The notes under the pieces were generated by a model that was given only the letters and a program-made list of their open reading frames with translations, was not told the origin of the DNA and made no database searches. DNA of 58,743 nt, from contig CANRDV010000001.1 in the NCBI GenBank assembly GCA_947629475.1, forward strand, positions 1 through 58,743, written 5' to 3'. This DNA comes from an uncultured Bacilli bacterium. GTDB lineage: Bacteria; Bacillota_I; Bacilli_A; RF39; UBA660. A program made the position numbers and the translations under genes. Shown here piece by piece: positions 30,303 through 38,819 of this stretch (the stretch's first letter is position 1; every line of letters starts with the position of its first letter).

Positions 30303-30945
30303 CTTAGATAACTTAAATATAATAATATTAATTATTTCAATTTTCTTTTACTTAACTAGTATTATTATAACCAAGAATATCTTTATAATCTTTATACTCT
30401 TTCTAATTGATTTTTTAATATTTATTAACTCAATACGTAATAAATATATTACTTTTTTAAATGCTCTTTTACCAGTTATAATAATTTCTTTTGTTTTATT
30501 AACTTATATATCTTTAAATTTACCATTTGATTATATAAGACTTTATAGATTAATTATTAAAATATTATTGATAATAGATTATTTAGTATTAATTATAAAT
30601 ATTATTAACAAAAGACATATTATTTATATTAAAGGTTCTAAAAGAAAACATACTTTAAATGAATTAAGAAAAAAGAATATTAATAAATATCAAGATGATA
30701 ACTTAGATTATATAAATAAATACATTATAGATAATGATATAGATATTAAAAGTGATTATTATAAAGTAATATGTAAAAATATTAAATTAAAAACAATAGA
30801 TGATTTAGAAGAATATGTTACTTTAAATTATTTAAGATTTTATAAAAATAAAAAATATAGTCATAGAAACATATTTGATAAATTAAATCTTGCCTTTTTA
30901 GGAATTCATGTTATAATCTTAATGTTAGTATTTCTATTGAGGTGA
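30277..30945 (+). CDS. Polytopic membrane protein in the ecfT position
   Basis: Several TM helices and a location between the ecfA-like genes and truA. No Ala-Arg-Gly coupling motif seen. Confidence 0.45.
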   Translation: MFKKITRINLDNLNIIILIISIFFYLTSIIITKNIFIIFILFLIDFLIFINSIRNKYITFLNALLPVIIISFVLLTYISLNLPFDYIRLYRLIIKILLIIDYLVLIINIINKRHIIYIKGSKRKHTLNELRKKNINKYQDDNLDYINKYIIDNDIDIKSDYYKVICKNIKLKTIDDLEEYVTLNYLRFYKNKKYSHRNIFDKLNLAFLGIHVIILMLVFLLR

Positions 30946-30949
30946 TTGT

Positions 30950-31696
30950 ATGCGATATTTAATTAAGTTTTCTTATGATGGAACTAATTTTCATGGATTT
31001 GAAAGCCAACCTAATTATCGAACTATTGAAGATGAATTAAACAAAGCTTTAGCGTATATTAATAATGGCATAGATACAAAGTTAGTAGCAAGTGGTCGAA
31101 CTGATAAAGGAGTTCATGCTTTAGGACAAATCGCACATGTTGATATTACAGTTTCAATAACAAAAGAAAAGTTAAAAAGAGCTTTAAATAGTTTATTACC
31201 AAATGATATTCATGTAATTGAAGTAAAAAGTGTTGCTAATGATTTTCATGCTAGATATATGGCAAAAGAAAAGATATATCAATATAAACTTAATATGGGA
31301 GAATATAATCCAATTCAAAGAAATTATGTTTATCAATTTTCTCATGAATTAGATGTTCTTAAAATGAATAAGGCTATTAAATACTTTATTGGTAAACATG
31401 ACTTTAGAGCTTTTACAGAGACTAAAGAAAAAAGAAATAATTATGAAAGAGAGATAATTGAAGCAACTATAGAAGAAGATTCGGATATTCTAACTTTTAC
31501 CTTTAGAGGGACTGGTTTTATAAAATATCAAGTAAGAAATATGGTAGGATTACTTATTCAAATAGGATTAGGTAAGATGGATATAGAAATGGTTCCTAAA
31601 ATAATCGAAGGAAAAACTAGAAGTGTAGGTTATAGAACGGCTCATCCCGAAGGATTATACTTAGTTAAAGTTATTTATAAAAAAGATGTTAAATAA
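30950..31696 (+). CDS. truA: tRNA pseudouridine(38-40) synthase
   Basis: MRYLIKFSYDGTNFHGFESQ and GRTDKGVHALGQ catalytic Asp motif. Confidence 0.95.
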   Translation: MRYLIKFSYDGTNFHGFESQPNYRTIEDELNKALAYINNGIDTKLVASGRTDKGVHALGQIAHVDITVSITKEKLKRALNSLLPNDIHVIEVKSVANDFHARYMAKEKIYQYKLNMGEYNPIQRNYVYQFSHELDVLKMNKAIKYFIGKHDFRAFTETKEKRNNYEREIIEATIEEDSDILTFTFRGTGFIKYQVRNMVGLLIQIGLGKMDIEMVPKIIEGKTRSVGYRTAHPEGLYLVKVIYKKDVK

Positions 31697-31775
31697 TGTA
31701 AATTTAGAGTAAAATAATCTTTATTTTTTCTTCTTTTGTGTTAAAATTATAATGTGTTTAGGAGAGTAGTGTAGT

Positions 31776-33257
31776 ATGATAAGCAGTTATGAAGATTTAA
31801 TTAATAAAGTAAAATTAGAAAAAATATCTATGAAAGAGTTAATCGAAATAATTAATTTAAATGGTTTTACCAAAGAAAGATTAAACCAATTATTAACTCT
31901 AGTTACTTTAAGTAACAAATATTCTAAGATAATTTCTAAAATTAATATTAGTCAAATTGAAAAATATATAGATTTAAAAATAGATGAAAAGGATTACTAT
32001 ATTCTTTTAAAGTATAGTAATTATTTTAATTCTAAAAGTATAAAAAAATTAATAACTAATTTACTTAAAGATTTTGAATTAGATTATTATTGTATGTTTG
32101 CAAATAAAATTTCAGATAATGAATTATTCCAAGAAGCAATTTTAAATATTAATTATCCTGAATATATATATGAATATGCAAGTAAAGTTAAAAATGCTAA
32201 TATTAAACTATTAGAAGATAAAATAATTGAACTTAATAATATTTCATATCTTTATTTCTTTGCTAGAGATATAAAGGGAAGTAATATTAAAAGATTAGAA
32301 AGTGTTATACTTAAAAATAATCAAGATATAGAATATTTAATTAACTTTGCAGAATTAGATAATATAGATATAAATAAATTTGAAGAATTAATATTACAAT
32401 CAAATAATCCTTATTTAATAGTAAAATATGCAAATAATCCTAAAAGTAATTTACTTAAAATAGAAAAAAGACTATTAGAAATAGGTAATTTAGAAAGTTT
32501 ACTTATCTTTGCTCTTAATAACAGAATTACTGATTATACTACTTTAGAAGATATTTTTATTAGTTTAAATAGTCATTTTTATATTTATAGATTAGCATCT
32601 ATTTTACCAGATAAAGTAAATTTATTAAAGTTAGAAGAAGCTTTACTTAATTCAAGTAATAAAGATTCTTATGATGAAAATAGAGAAGAAAAAATAAATA
32701 AAATATATTCTGTATATTCCTTTGCTAAAGATTTAGCATTACATAATATAGATATATCTAAATTAGAAGATTATATTATTAATAGTAATGATTATTATTA
32801 TATATACTTATTTTATATAAATGTAAAAAATATTAATAAAGAAAGATTAAGAAATAAGTTATTAGAATTTAAAACTCCTTTAGAACTTGATATCTTAGAT
32901 TATAATATAAGAAAAGATAAAAGTTTAGATGTAGAAGATTATTTTGAATTTTTAAAAGATACTTTAAATATTAAAGTTAATTCCTTAGATTTAGCCTTAA
33001 AGTTAATAAGAAGTAATTTAACTTTAATTATTAAAAAGATAGGTTTAGTTAATTTATATTTAAAACTAAATAATCGTTATTTTAAAGTAAAAGAAGAAGT
33101 ATTACTTTATGTAAAAGATGAAGATATTTTAAGTACTTATTCTAATTTCTTAAATAATGATTTAAGTATAGAACTTGCTTTAGAATTAGATAAAAAATTT
33201 CTTGATAAAAATAAATCTAAAGTATTAAAGAAAGATATGTTAAAAAAATATTCATAG
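31776..33257 (+). CDS. Hypothetical protein built of about 33-35-aa helical repeats
   Basis: A recurring pattern (..N..YLY.FA..IKG.NI..LE..I..) is seen at least 6 times in the translation. Confidence 0.55.
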   Translation: MISSYEDLINKVKLEKISMKELIEIINLNGFTKERLNQLLTLVTLSNKYSKIISKINISQIEKYIDLKIDEKDYYILLKYSNYFNSKSIKKLITNLLKDFELDYYCMFANKISDNELFQEAILNINYPEYIYEYASKVKNANIKLLEDKIIELNNISYLYFFARDIKGSNIKRLESVILKNNQDIEYLINFAELDNIDINKFEELILQSNNPYLIVKYANNPKSNLLKIEKRLLEIGNLESLLIFALNNRITDYTTLEDIFISLNSHFYIYRLASILPDKVNLLKLEEALLNSSNKDSYDENREEKINKIYSVYSFAKDLALHNIDISKLEDYIINSNDYYYIYLFYINVKNINKERLRNKLLEFKTPLELDILDYNIRKDKSLDVEDYFEFLKDTLNIKVNSLDLALKLIRSNLTLIIKKIGLVNLYLKLNNRYFKVKEEVLLYVKDEDILSTYSNFLNNDLSIELALELDKKFLDKNKSKVLKKDMLKKYS

Positions 33258-33626
33258 TTATATTTTATGAATATTATTAAGAATAAAAGTAATTATAATT
33301 AAAATAATAATAATTAGATAATATTTACTTAATCTATGTAAGAAACTTTGTAAGTAGTTTCTTTTTTTTAGAATATCTATTCCTATTAATAAGTAACTAG
33401 TAACAAGGAATAAAAATAAAGGAATGCCAAGTATATTATAATAGATACTATTTAAGATATTTAAATGAAGTAGGCTAGTAATTGCTCTTGTTAAACCACA
33501 ACCTGGACAGGAAATATGAAAAATTTTTTTAACTGGGCAATTAAATTTAAAACCAAAGAGAATTAAAAGGAAAAAGATTGAAAGTAAAAGAAAAAAGATG
33601 ATTAATCTTTTATTTTCTTTAGTCAA
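33258..33626 (-). CDS. DUF2752 family membrane protein
   Basis: CPGCGLTRA motif and 3-4 TM helices. Confidence 0.7.
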   Translation of the reverse strand: MTKENKRLIIFFLLLSIFFLLILFGFKFNCPVKKIFHISCPGCGLTRAITSLLHLNILNSIYYNILGIPLFLFLVTSYLLIGIDILKKRNYLQSFLHRLSKYYLIIIILIIITFILNNIHKI

Positions 33627-33969
33627 CTAACTTATTTCCATTTGCATCTCTATCTATATTACCACATAGAATTAAGATACCTTCAATGAAACCCCAAATT
33701 GCTGAAATAGGTGATAAGATAAAACATGACAATAGAGTTATTAATAATTGACCTACAGCTTTACCAGTATAACCTAAATAAAAGTTATGAACTCCAAAAC
33801 AACCTAGGAAAATACCAAGAACTCCAGCTGCAACCTTACTTTTAGCATTTGGATTGGATGGTTTAGCAGGTTGTTCTTCTTTCTTTTCTTGAACAATCTT
33901 TCCACAGTTTAAACAAATATCTGCGCCTTCTTTTAATTCTTTACCACAATTAGTACAATATTTAGCCAT
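33619..33969 (-). CDS. Zinc-ribbon + TM2 domain membrane protein
   Basis: N-terminal CTNCG..CLNCG zinc ribbon. The TM2-like GVLGIFLGCFGVHNFYLGY segment follows. Start moved to the ATG after AAAGGAG. Confidence 0.75.
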   Translation of the reverse strand: MAKYCTNCGKELKEGADICLNCGKIVQEKKEEQPAKPSNPNAKSKVAAGVLGIFLGCFGVHNFYLGYTGKAVGQLLITLLSCFILSPISAIWGFIEGILILCGNIDRDANGNKLVD

Positions 33970-34023
33970 TTCAATCACTCCTTTAAACACCATGAGTATA
34001 TCATATTTCTTTCAGAAAATCAA

Positions 34024-34866
34024 TCAACTTTTGAATTTTTGAATACGAAATCGACAATTTTTACACATATTACATAAAATTTTATTATTTAGAAAACCAT
34101 TATGTATTTCTAAGAATTTATTACTCTTTAAAATATATTCTAAATCATTATCAAAAATGTTACCTAATTTTAAAATACCACTTGAATCTAAGCAACAAGG
34201 GACAACATCACCATTAGCAAGAATTGCTATATGACTTCGAGTACCAAGACAAGTACCTTGAACTTCTTTGTTATTTATACTATCAGTAGGCCATTCAAAG
34301 TAATTATCTTTATCTAAGTATAAATTATTAGTAATTTTAATATTTTTATTTTTTATAACTTCTTCCTTAAAACTATTATCTAAATTATAGTAATCAATAA
34401 TTTTATCCACAATCATGGTGGATAAAATATCTAAAGTTAAATTATCAAGTAACCAAATACGATAAATAATGGGGAAAAAATTTTTTAATTCATTAGAAGT
34501 TTCAAATACTTCATCAAAATAGTTTTTCTTATTATTCTCAGAATGTAAAGAAATATTTAATTGTTTAATACAATTATGTCTCTTTAAAATATCTTTCTTT
34601 TCTTTTAAAAGAGTACCATTAGTTGTTATTTTAACTTTCATTTTATAGTTATCACATATTGTAAGTAACTTACCTAAGTTAGAATAAAGTAAGGGTTCTC
34701 CTTTAACATGTAAATAAATTGATTTAGTATAATCTTTAATTTTATCTAAAACAATTTTAAAGTTATCTAGAGACATTTCTTCTTTAATTCTTTTATCTTT
34801 ACTACAAAAAGAACAATTTAAATTACAAATATTAGTAATTTCTACATAAATCTTGGTAAATTTCAT
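34024..34866 (-). CDS. Radical SAM protein with SPASM-like C-terminal Cys cluster
   Basis: CNLNCSFC (CxxxCxxC) near the N-terminus. C-terminal CCLD..C..C..C cluster. ATGA overlap with the uvrB stop. Confidence 0.8.
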   Translation of the reverse strand: MKFTKIYVEITNICNLNCSFCSKDKRIKEEMSLDNFKIVLDKIKDYTKSIYLHVKGEPLLYSNLGKLLTICDNYKMKVKITTNGTLLKEKKDILKRHNCIKQLNISLHSENNKKNYFDEVFETSNELKNFFPIIYRIWLLDNLTLDILSTMIVDKIIDYYNLDNSFKEEVIKNKNIKITNNLYLDKDNYFEWPTDSINNKEVQGTCLGTRSHIAILANGDVVPCCLDSSGILKLGNIFDNDLEYILKSNKFLEIHNGFLNNKILCNMCKNCRFRIQKFKS

Positions 34867-36818
34867 TCTTCTGCCTTCATTTCAAATAAAATATCTCTTA
34901 GTTCCATAGCCCGTTCAAAGTCAAGATTTTTAGCTGCTTCTTTCATTTCGTTTTCAAGTCTTACAATCATATCCATTTTTTCTTTCTTAGACATTTTTGT
35001 TTTTTCTTTCTTTTCGCTTCTTGTATCTAAGTTAGATATTAAATCCCTTATTTCTTTGATAATTGTCTTAGGTGTAATTCCATGTTCAAGATTATATTTT
35101 TCTTGAATTTCTCGTCTTCTTTTGGTTTCTGTTATCGCATAGTCCATACTATCAGTCATCTTATCAGCATATAAAATAACATGACCATTTGCATTTCTGG
35201 CACATCTTCCAATTGTTTGGATTAAACTTCTTTCACTTCTTAAGAACCCTTCTTTATCAGCATCAAGAATTGCAATTAAACTAACCTCAGGAATATCAAG
35301 TCCTTCTCTTAAAAGATTGATACCAACTAAAACATCATAGTTACCAAGTCTTAAATCTCTTATTATTTTCATTCTTTCTAATGTTTTAATTTCTGAGTGT
35401 AAATAAGCAACTTTTATATCTAATTGTTTTAAATAATTAGTTAATTCCTCAGCCATTCTGATTGTTAAAGTTGTAACTAAAACTCTTTCATTATTGGAAA
35501 TTCTTGTGTTTATTTCTCCAACTAAGTCATCGATTTGACCTTTTGTTTTACGGACTTCGATGGTTGGGTCTAATAGTCCGGTTGGTCTTATGATTTGTTC
35601 TATGAATTTACCATTAGTAAGTCCTAGTTCATAGTCACCAGGAGTTGCTGAGACATAGATTACTTGATTAAGTTTGGCTTCAAACTCGGGAAATTTTAAA
35701 GGTCTATTATCAAGGGCACTTGGAAGACGGAACCCATAGTCAACTAGATTTAGTTTTCTAGCTCTATCACCATTATACATACCTCTTACTTGAGGAATTG
35801 TTACATGGGATTCATCAATTACAAGTAAAAAGTCTTTCTTAAAGAAATCAAGTAAACAAGTAGGAGTTGCTCCCGCGGGCTTTAAAGCAAGATGTCTCGA
35901 GTAATTTTCAATTCCATGACAAAATCCAGTTTCTTCAAGCATTTCCATATCATAGTTCGTTCTTTCTCTTATTCTTTCAGCTTCAAGTGGCTTATTATTT
36001 TGATTAAAGTATTCAATTCTGTCTTGTAACTCATCCTTAATATTTTTAATTGCAAGTTTTAAAGTTTCATCATTTGTTACAAAGTGACTAGCTGGGAATA
36101 AAGTAACACTTTTTTTATTATTAAGAATTGCTCCCGTTAAAACATCAATTTCACTTATTCTATCAATCTCGTCTCCAAAAAATTCAACTCTAATTCCATG
36201 TTCATGTTCATTTGATGGAATTATTTCTAAAGTATCTCCTCTTACTCTAAAGGTTCCTCTTTTAAAATCAAATTCATTTCTTTCATATAACATATCAACT
36301 AATTTTAACATTATATTATTTCTATCAACATTGTCACCTACTTTTAAAGTTAAAGTTTTATTTTTATACTCGGAAACTTCTCCAATTCCATAGATGCAAG
36401 AAACACTTGCAACAACTATTACATCATTACGAGAAAGTAGAGCACTTGTTGCAGAATGTCTGAGTTCATCAATTTCATCATTTATCTGAGCATCTTTTTC
36501 TATATAAGTATCACTTGATGGAACATAGGCTTCAGGTTGATAATAATCATAATAAGATACAAAATATTCAACACGGTTATTCGGAAATAATTCTTTTAAT
36601 TCCGAATAAAGTTGTCCTGCTAACGTCTTATTATGAGCAAGAACTAAAGTTTGTTTATTAACATTTTTAATAACATTTGCAATTGTAAAAGTTTTACCAG
36701 TTCCCGTTGCTCCAAGTAATACCTGGTGTTTAACTCCATTTAAAACTCCATCTGTAAGTTCTTTAATAGCATTAGGTTGGTCTCCATTTGGAGTATAATT
36801 AGATACTAATTCAAACAT
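34863..36818 (-). CDS. uvrB: Excinuclease ABC subunit B
   Basis: GATGTGKT Walker A, DESH box, QTIGRCARN motif VI, and C-terminal UVR domain. Confidence 0.95.
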   Translation of the reverse strand: MFELVSNYTPNGDQPNAIKELTDGVLNGVKHQVLLGATGTGKTFTIANVIKNVNKQTLVLAHNKTLAGQLYSELKELFPNNRVEYFVSYYDYYQPEAYVPSSDTYIEKDAQINDEIDELRHSATSALLSRNDVIVVASVSCIYGIGEVSEYKNKTLTLKVGDNVDRNNIMLKLVDMLYERNEFDFKRGTFRVRGDTLEIIPSNEHEHGIRVEFFGDEIDRISEIDVLTGAILNNKKSVTLFPASHFVTNDETLKLAIKNIKDELQDRIEYFNQNNKPLEAERIRERTNYDMEMLEETGFCHGIENYSRHLALKPAGATPTCLLDFFKKDFLLVIDESHVTIPQVRGMYNGDRARKLNLVDYGFRLPSALDNRPLKFPEFEAKLNQVIYVSATPGDYELGLTNGKFIEQIIRPTGLLDPTIEVRKTKGQIDDLVGEINTRISNNERVLVTTLTIRMAEELTNYLKQLDIKVAYLHSEIKTLERMKIIRDLRLGNYDVLVGINLLREGLDIPEVSLIAILDADKEGFLRSERSLIQTIGRCARNANGHVILYADKMTDSMDYAITETKRRREIQEKYNLEHGITPKTIIKEIRDLISNLDTRSEKKEKTKMSKKEKMDMIVRLENEMKEAAKNLDFERAMELRDILFEMKAEE

Positions 36819-36916
36819 AACTTTCTCCTTTCTAGTTTGGGTAAAGTCTTAAATAATTAAAATTTAAACTTACTGGTTCCACATGTGGAACCAAGTCATA
36901 TGTACTTAATCAAATT
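36644..36916. repeat. Repeat R2, copy a: uvrB 5' end plus upstream region
   Basis: Re-occurs at 38539..38801 with substitutions and small indels. Confidence 0.85.
36874..36893. promoter_or_regulatory. Perfect 20-bp palindrome upstream of uvrB
   Basis: TGGTTCCACATGTGGAACCA, 56-75 nt upstream of the uvrB ATG. Confidence 0.4.
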
Positions 36917-36972
36917 ACTAATTATTATACTATAATGTAATAATTAAATAAATACTTTTTAATAATTTAACT

Positions 36973-36996
36973 AAAAAAATCACTTTCGTGACTTTT
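36973..36996 (-). terminator. Rho-independent terminator of the transglutaminase-like gene
   Basis: On the minus strand: AAAGTCAC-GAAA-GTGATTTT followed by a T run. Confidence 0.6.
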
Positions 36997-37011
36997 AAAC
37001 TTATTTTAAAT

Positions 37012-38139
37012 TTAGTACTTTCTTGCAATAGTTTCATCTAAACTTTCTCTAATTACAATATTATATTTTCCTCTTCTAGCCTCTATTTCTATTTTGTTGG
37101 CTTCTTCTAATTCACGTTTTAAAAATCCGTTTGGAATTTTCTTATTTGTAATTTGATATTTGCCTTTAGCACCTTCTATAGTTTGATAATCTTGTGTTAA
37201 AGGAAAAAATGCATATTGATAATCTTGCTCTTCACCAACATAAGTTTGATCATATAAAAACCATGATTCAGATTCTCTTATTTGTAATAAATTCCAAGCA
37301 TGTCCGTAAGGTATTCCATCATCAATGATTGAACCACCAAGTAAACGACAATCAATTTTCATATAAGGATTATTTAATAGCATCATAAAAGCCTCGGCTT
37401 GACCCTCACATACTCCTTCACCATTTTTTAAAGTATCATTTGCAAAATGATATCCTAATTTTTTATTTATATCATTTGGAAAAGCTATATGTTTAGATAA
37501 ATATTGACTAACAAGTAATACTTTTTGAAAATCAGGGTGTATGCCTTTGAGTTTTAAGGTTGAATTAAGAATTTGAAGAAGTGTACGTTTTAATTTTAAA
37601 GCATCACGAAGATTATAAAAATTACCTATGAAACCTTTATTCATCCTTTCACTATATTTTATTCTTCCATCAGTATCACTGCAATCTCTTCTATCGAATC
37701 TAATAAATCTAGAATCTGCATTTTCAATTTCGTTATGCCACATTAAATACTGTAATGGAATAATAGTTATACAATTTAAGTTCTTTAAATCAAGTGATGT
37801 TCTATCTTTTAAAAGCATATCAGGAAACAATTTAATTACTTTTTGGTTAGCATTTATAAGAGAAGCAATTCTTTTGGCATTTTCAAAGTAATGCTCATCT
37901 TCAACATTTATGTGTAACTCCATATTAGGATAGTCCCTAAATATTTTATTTAAATATTCTATTGTTTTTATATCATCTGCTTCTTCTTTTGAAGTATCAA
38001 CTAAAAGTCTCAAAGATATAGGATGCTTTGGTAGAATTATCATTCTTCTTTTAGTTAATTCACGATAACTTATGGTTATACAATTGGGATATTCTTTTCT
38101 TACATTTTCATAATTACTTATAAATCTAATTTCACGCAT
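37012..38139 (-). CDS. Transglutaminase-like cysteine protease fold protein (hotspot cargo 1)
   Basis: Cys-His-Asp core pattern: GEGVCEGQAEAF ... YGHAWNLL ... FLYDQTY. Start moved to the ATG (MREIRF) after the GGAGA RBS. Confidence 0.6.
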   Translation of the reverse strand: MREIRFISNYENVRKEYPNCITISYRELTKRRMIILPKHPISLRLLVDTSKEEADDIKTIEYLNKIFRDYPNMELHINVEDEHYFENAKRIASLINANQKVIKLFPDMLLKDRTSLDLKNLNCITIIPLQYLMWHNEIENADSRFIRFDRRDCSDTDGRIKYSERMNKGFIGNFYNLRDALKLKRTLLQILNSTLKLKGIHPDFQKVLLVSQYLSKHIAFPNDINKKLGYHFANDTLKNGEGVCEGQAEAFMMLLNNPYMKIDCRLLGGSIIDDGIPYGHAWNLLQIRESESWFLYDQTYVGEEQDYQYAFFPLTQDYQTIEGAKGKYQITNKKIPNGFLKRELEEANKIEIEARRGKYNIVIRESLDETIARKY

Positions 38140-38214
38140 TTTATCTCCTTTTTCTATAAATAAATTATATATTATAAATTTATATATTACAAGATATTGA
38201 TTATTTAAATATAT

Positions 38215-38339
38215 CAAAGAGGACTTAAATTAAGTCCTCTTGGTAGCAGCCTGACAATGTCAAGCAAAATAACCTTCTATTTTTCGGAACATATTAATAT
38301 GACTGCCGAAGCTAGGCTGGGGCTACCATCTCCCGTTCG
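38215..38339 (-). ncRNA. Candidate about 125-nt structured RNA, copy A
   Basis: Minus-strand promoter TTGATA-17-TATAAT (38374..38346). Closing helix GGTAGC..AGCCT / AGGCT..GCTACC. Terminator AAGAGGACTTAA/TTAAGTCCTCTT. Confidence 0.4.
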
Positions 38340-38540
38340 TATATAATTATATACTATTTTAAACGAATTATCAATGGATTATGCTAAAATATTCCAAGTA
38401 TTTCATCATCTTTAACATCAATGTTTAGATAATTAGCATTATTAGATAAACCTGGCATTCTAACAACCCCTCCCATTAATATGGTTATAAATCCGGCTCC
38501 ATTATTGATTTTATAACCTGTAACCGTCATTGTAAAATCT
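38216..38540. repeat. Repeat R1, copy a (325 bp): small RNA locus plus fhs 3' end
   Basis: Collinear with 44677..45001, no indels, and about 14 mismatches by eye. Confidence 0.9.
38384..38540 (-). pseudogene. 3'-terminal fragment of fhs (last about 51 codons plus stop)
   Basis: Near-identical to 44845..45001 and lacks the rest of the gene. Joined to a uvrB fragment at 38539/38540. Confidence 0.9.
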
Positions 38541-38712
38541 AAAGTTTGTTTATTAACATTTTTTATAACATTAAAAATTGTAAAAGTCTTACCAGTTTCG
38601 GTTGCTCCAAGTAAAACTTGATGTTTAACTCCCTTTAAAACTTCATCTGTAAATTCTTTAATAGCATTAGGTTTGGCTCCATTTGGAGTAAATTAGATAC
38701 TAATTCAAACAT
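38539..38712 (-). pseudogene. 5'-terminal fragment of uvrB (about 57 codons), frameshifted
   Basis: Matches uvrB 36644..36818, including the GTGKT-encoding stretch. A 1-nt deletion sits near codon 8 (GAGTAAATT versus GAGTATAATT). Confidence 0.9.
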
Positions 38713-38756
38713 AACTTTCTCCTTCCTATTTAGGATTAAATATTAGATTTATTTTA

Positions 38757-38779
38757 TTGGTTACACAGTGTGTAACCAA
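38757..38779. promoter_or_regulatory. Variant palindrome in the duplicated uvrB upstream region
   Basis: TTGGTTACACA-G-TGTGTAACCAA. Both arms are changed symmetrically relative to the copy at 36874. Confidence 0.4.
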
Positions 38780-38819
38780 GTCATATGTGCTTAATCAAAT
38801 TCTTTTAAAAATTGTCTAA

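Noticed and set aside
36874-36893. Considered the uvrB-upstream palindrome as a LexA (Cheo) box.
   Set aside because: The Bacillota LexA box is GAAC-N4-GTTC. Here the half-sites are inverted and spaced GTTC-N8-GAAC, and the second copy has GTTAC/GTAAC. It is kept only as an unexplained dyad.
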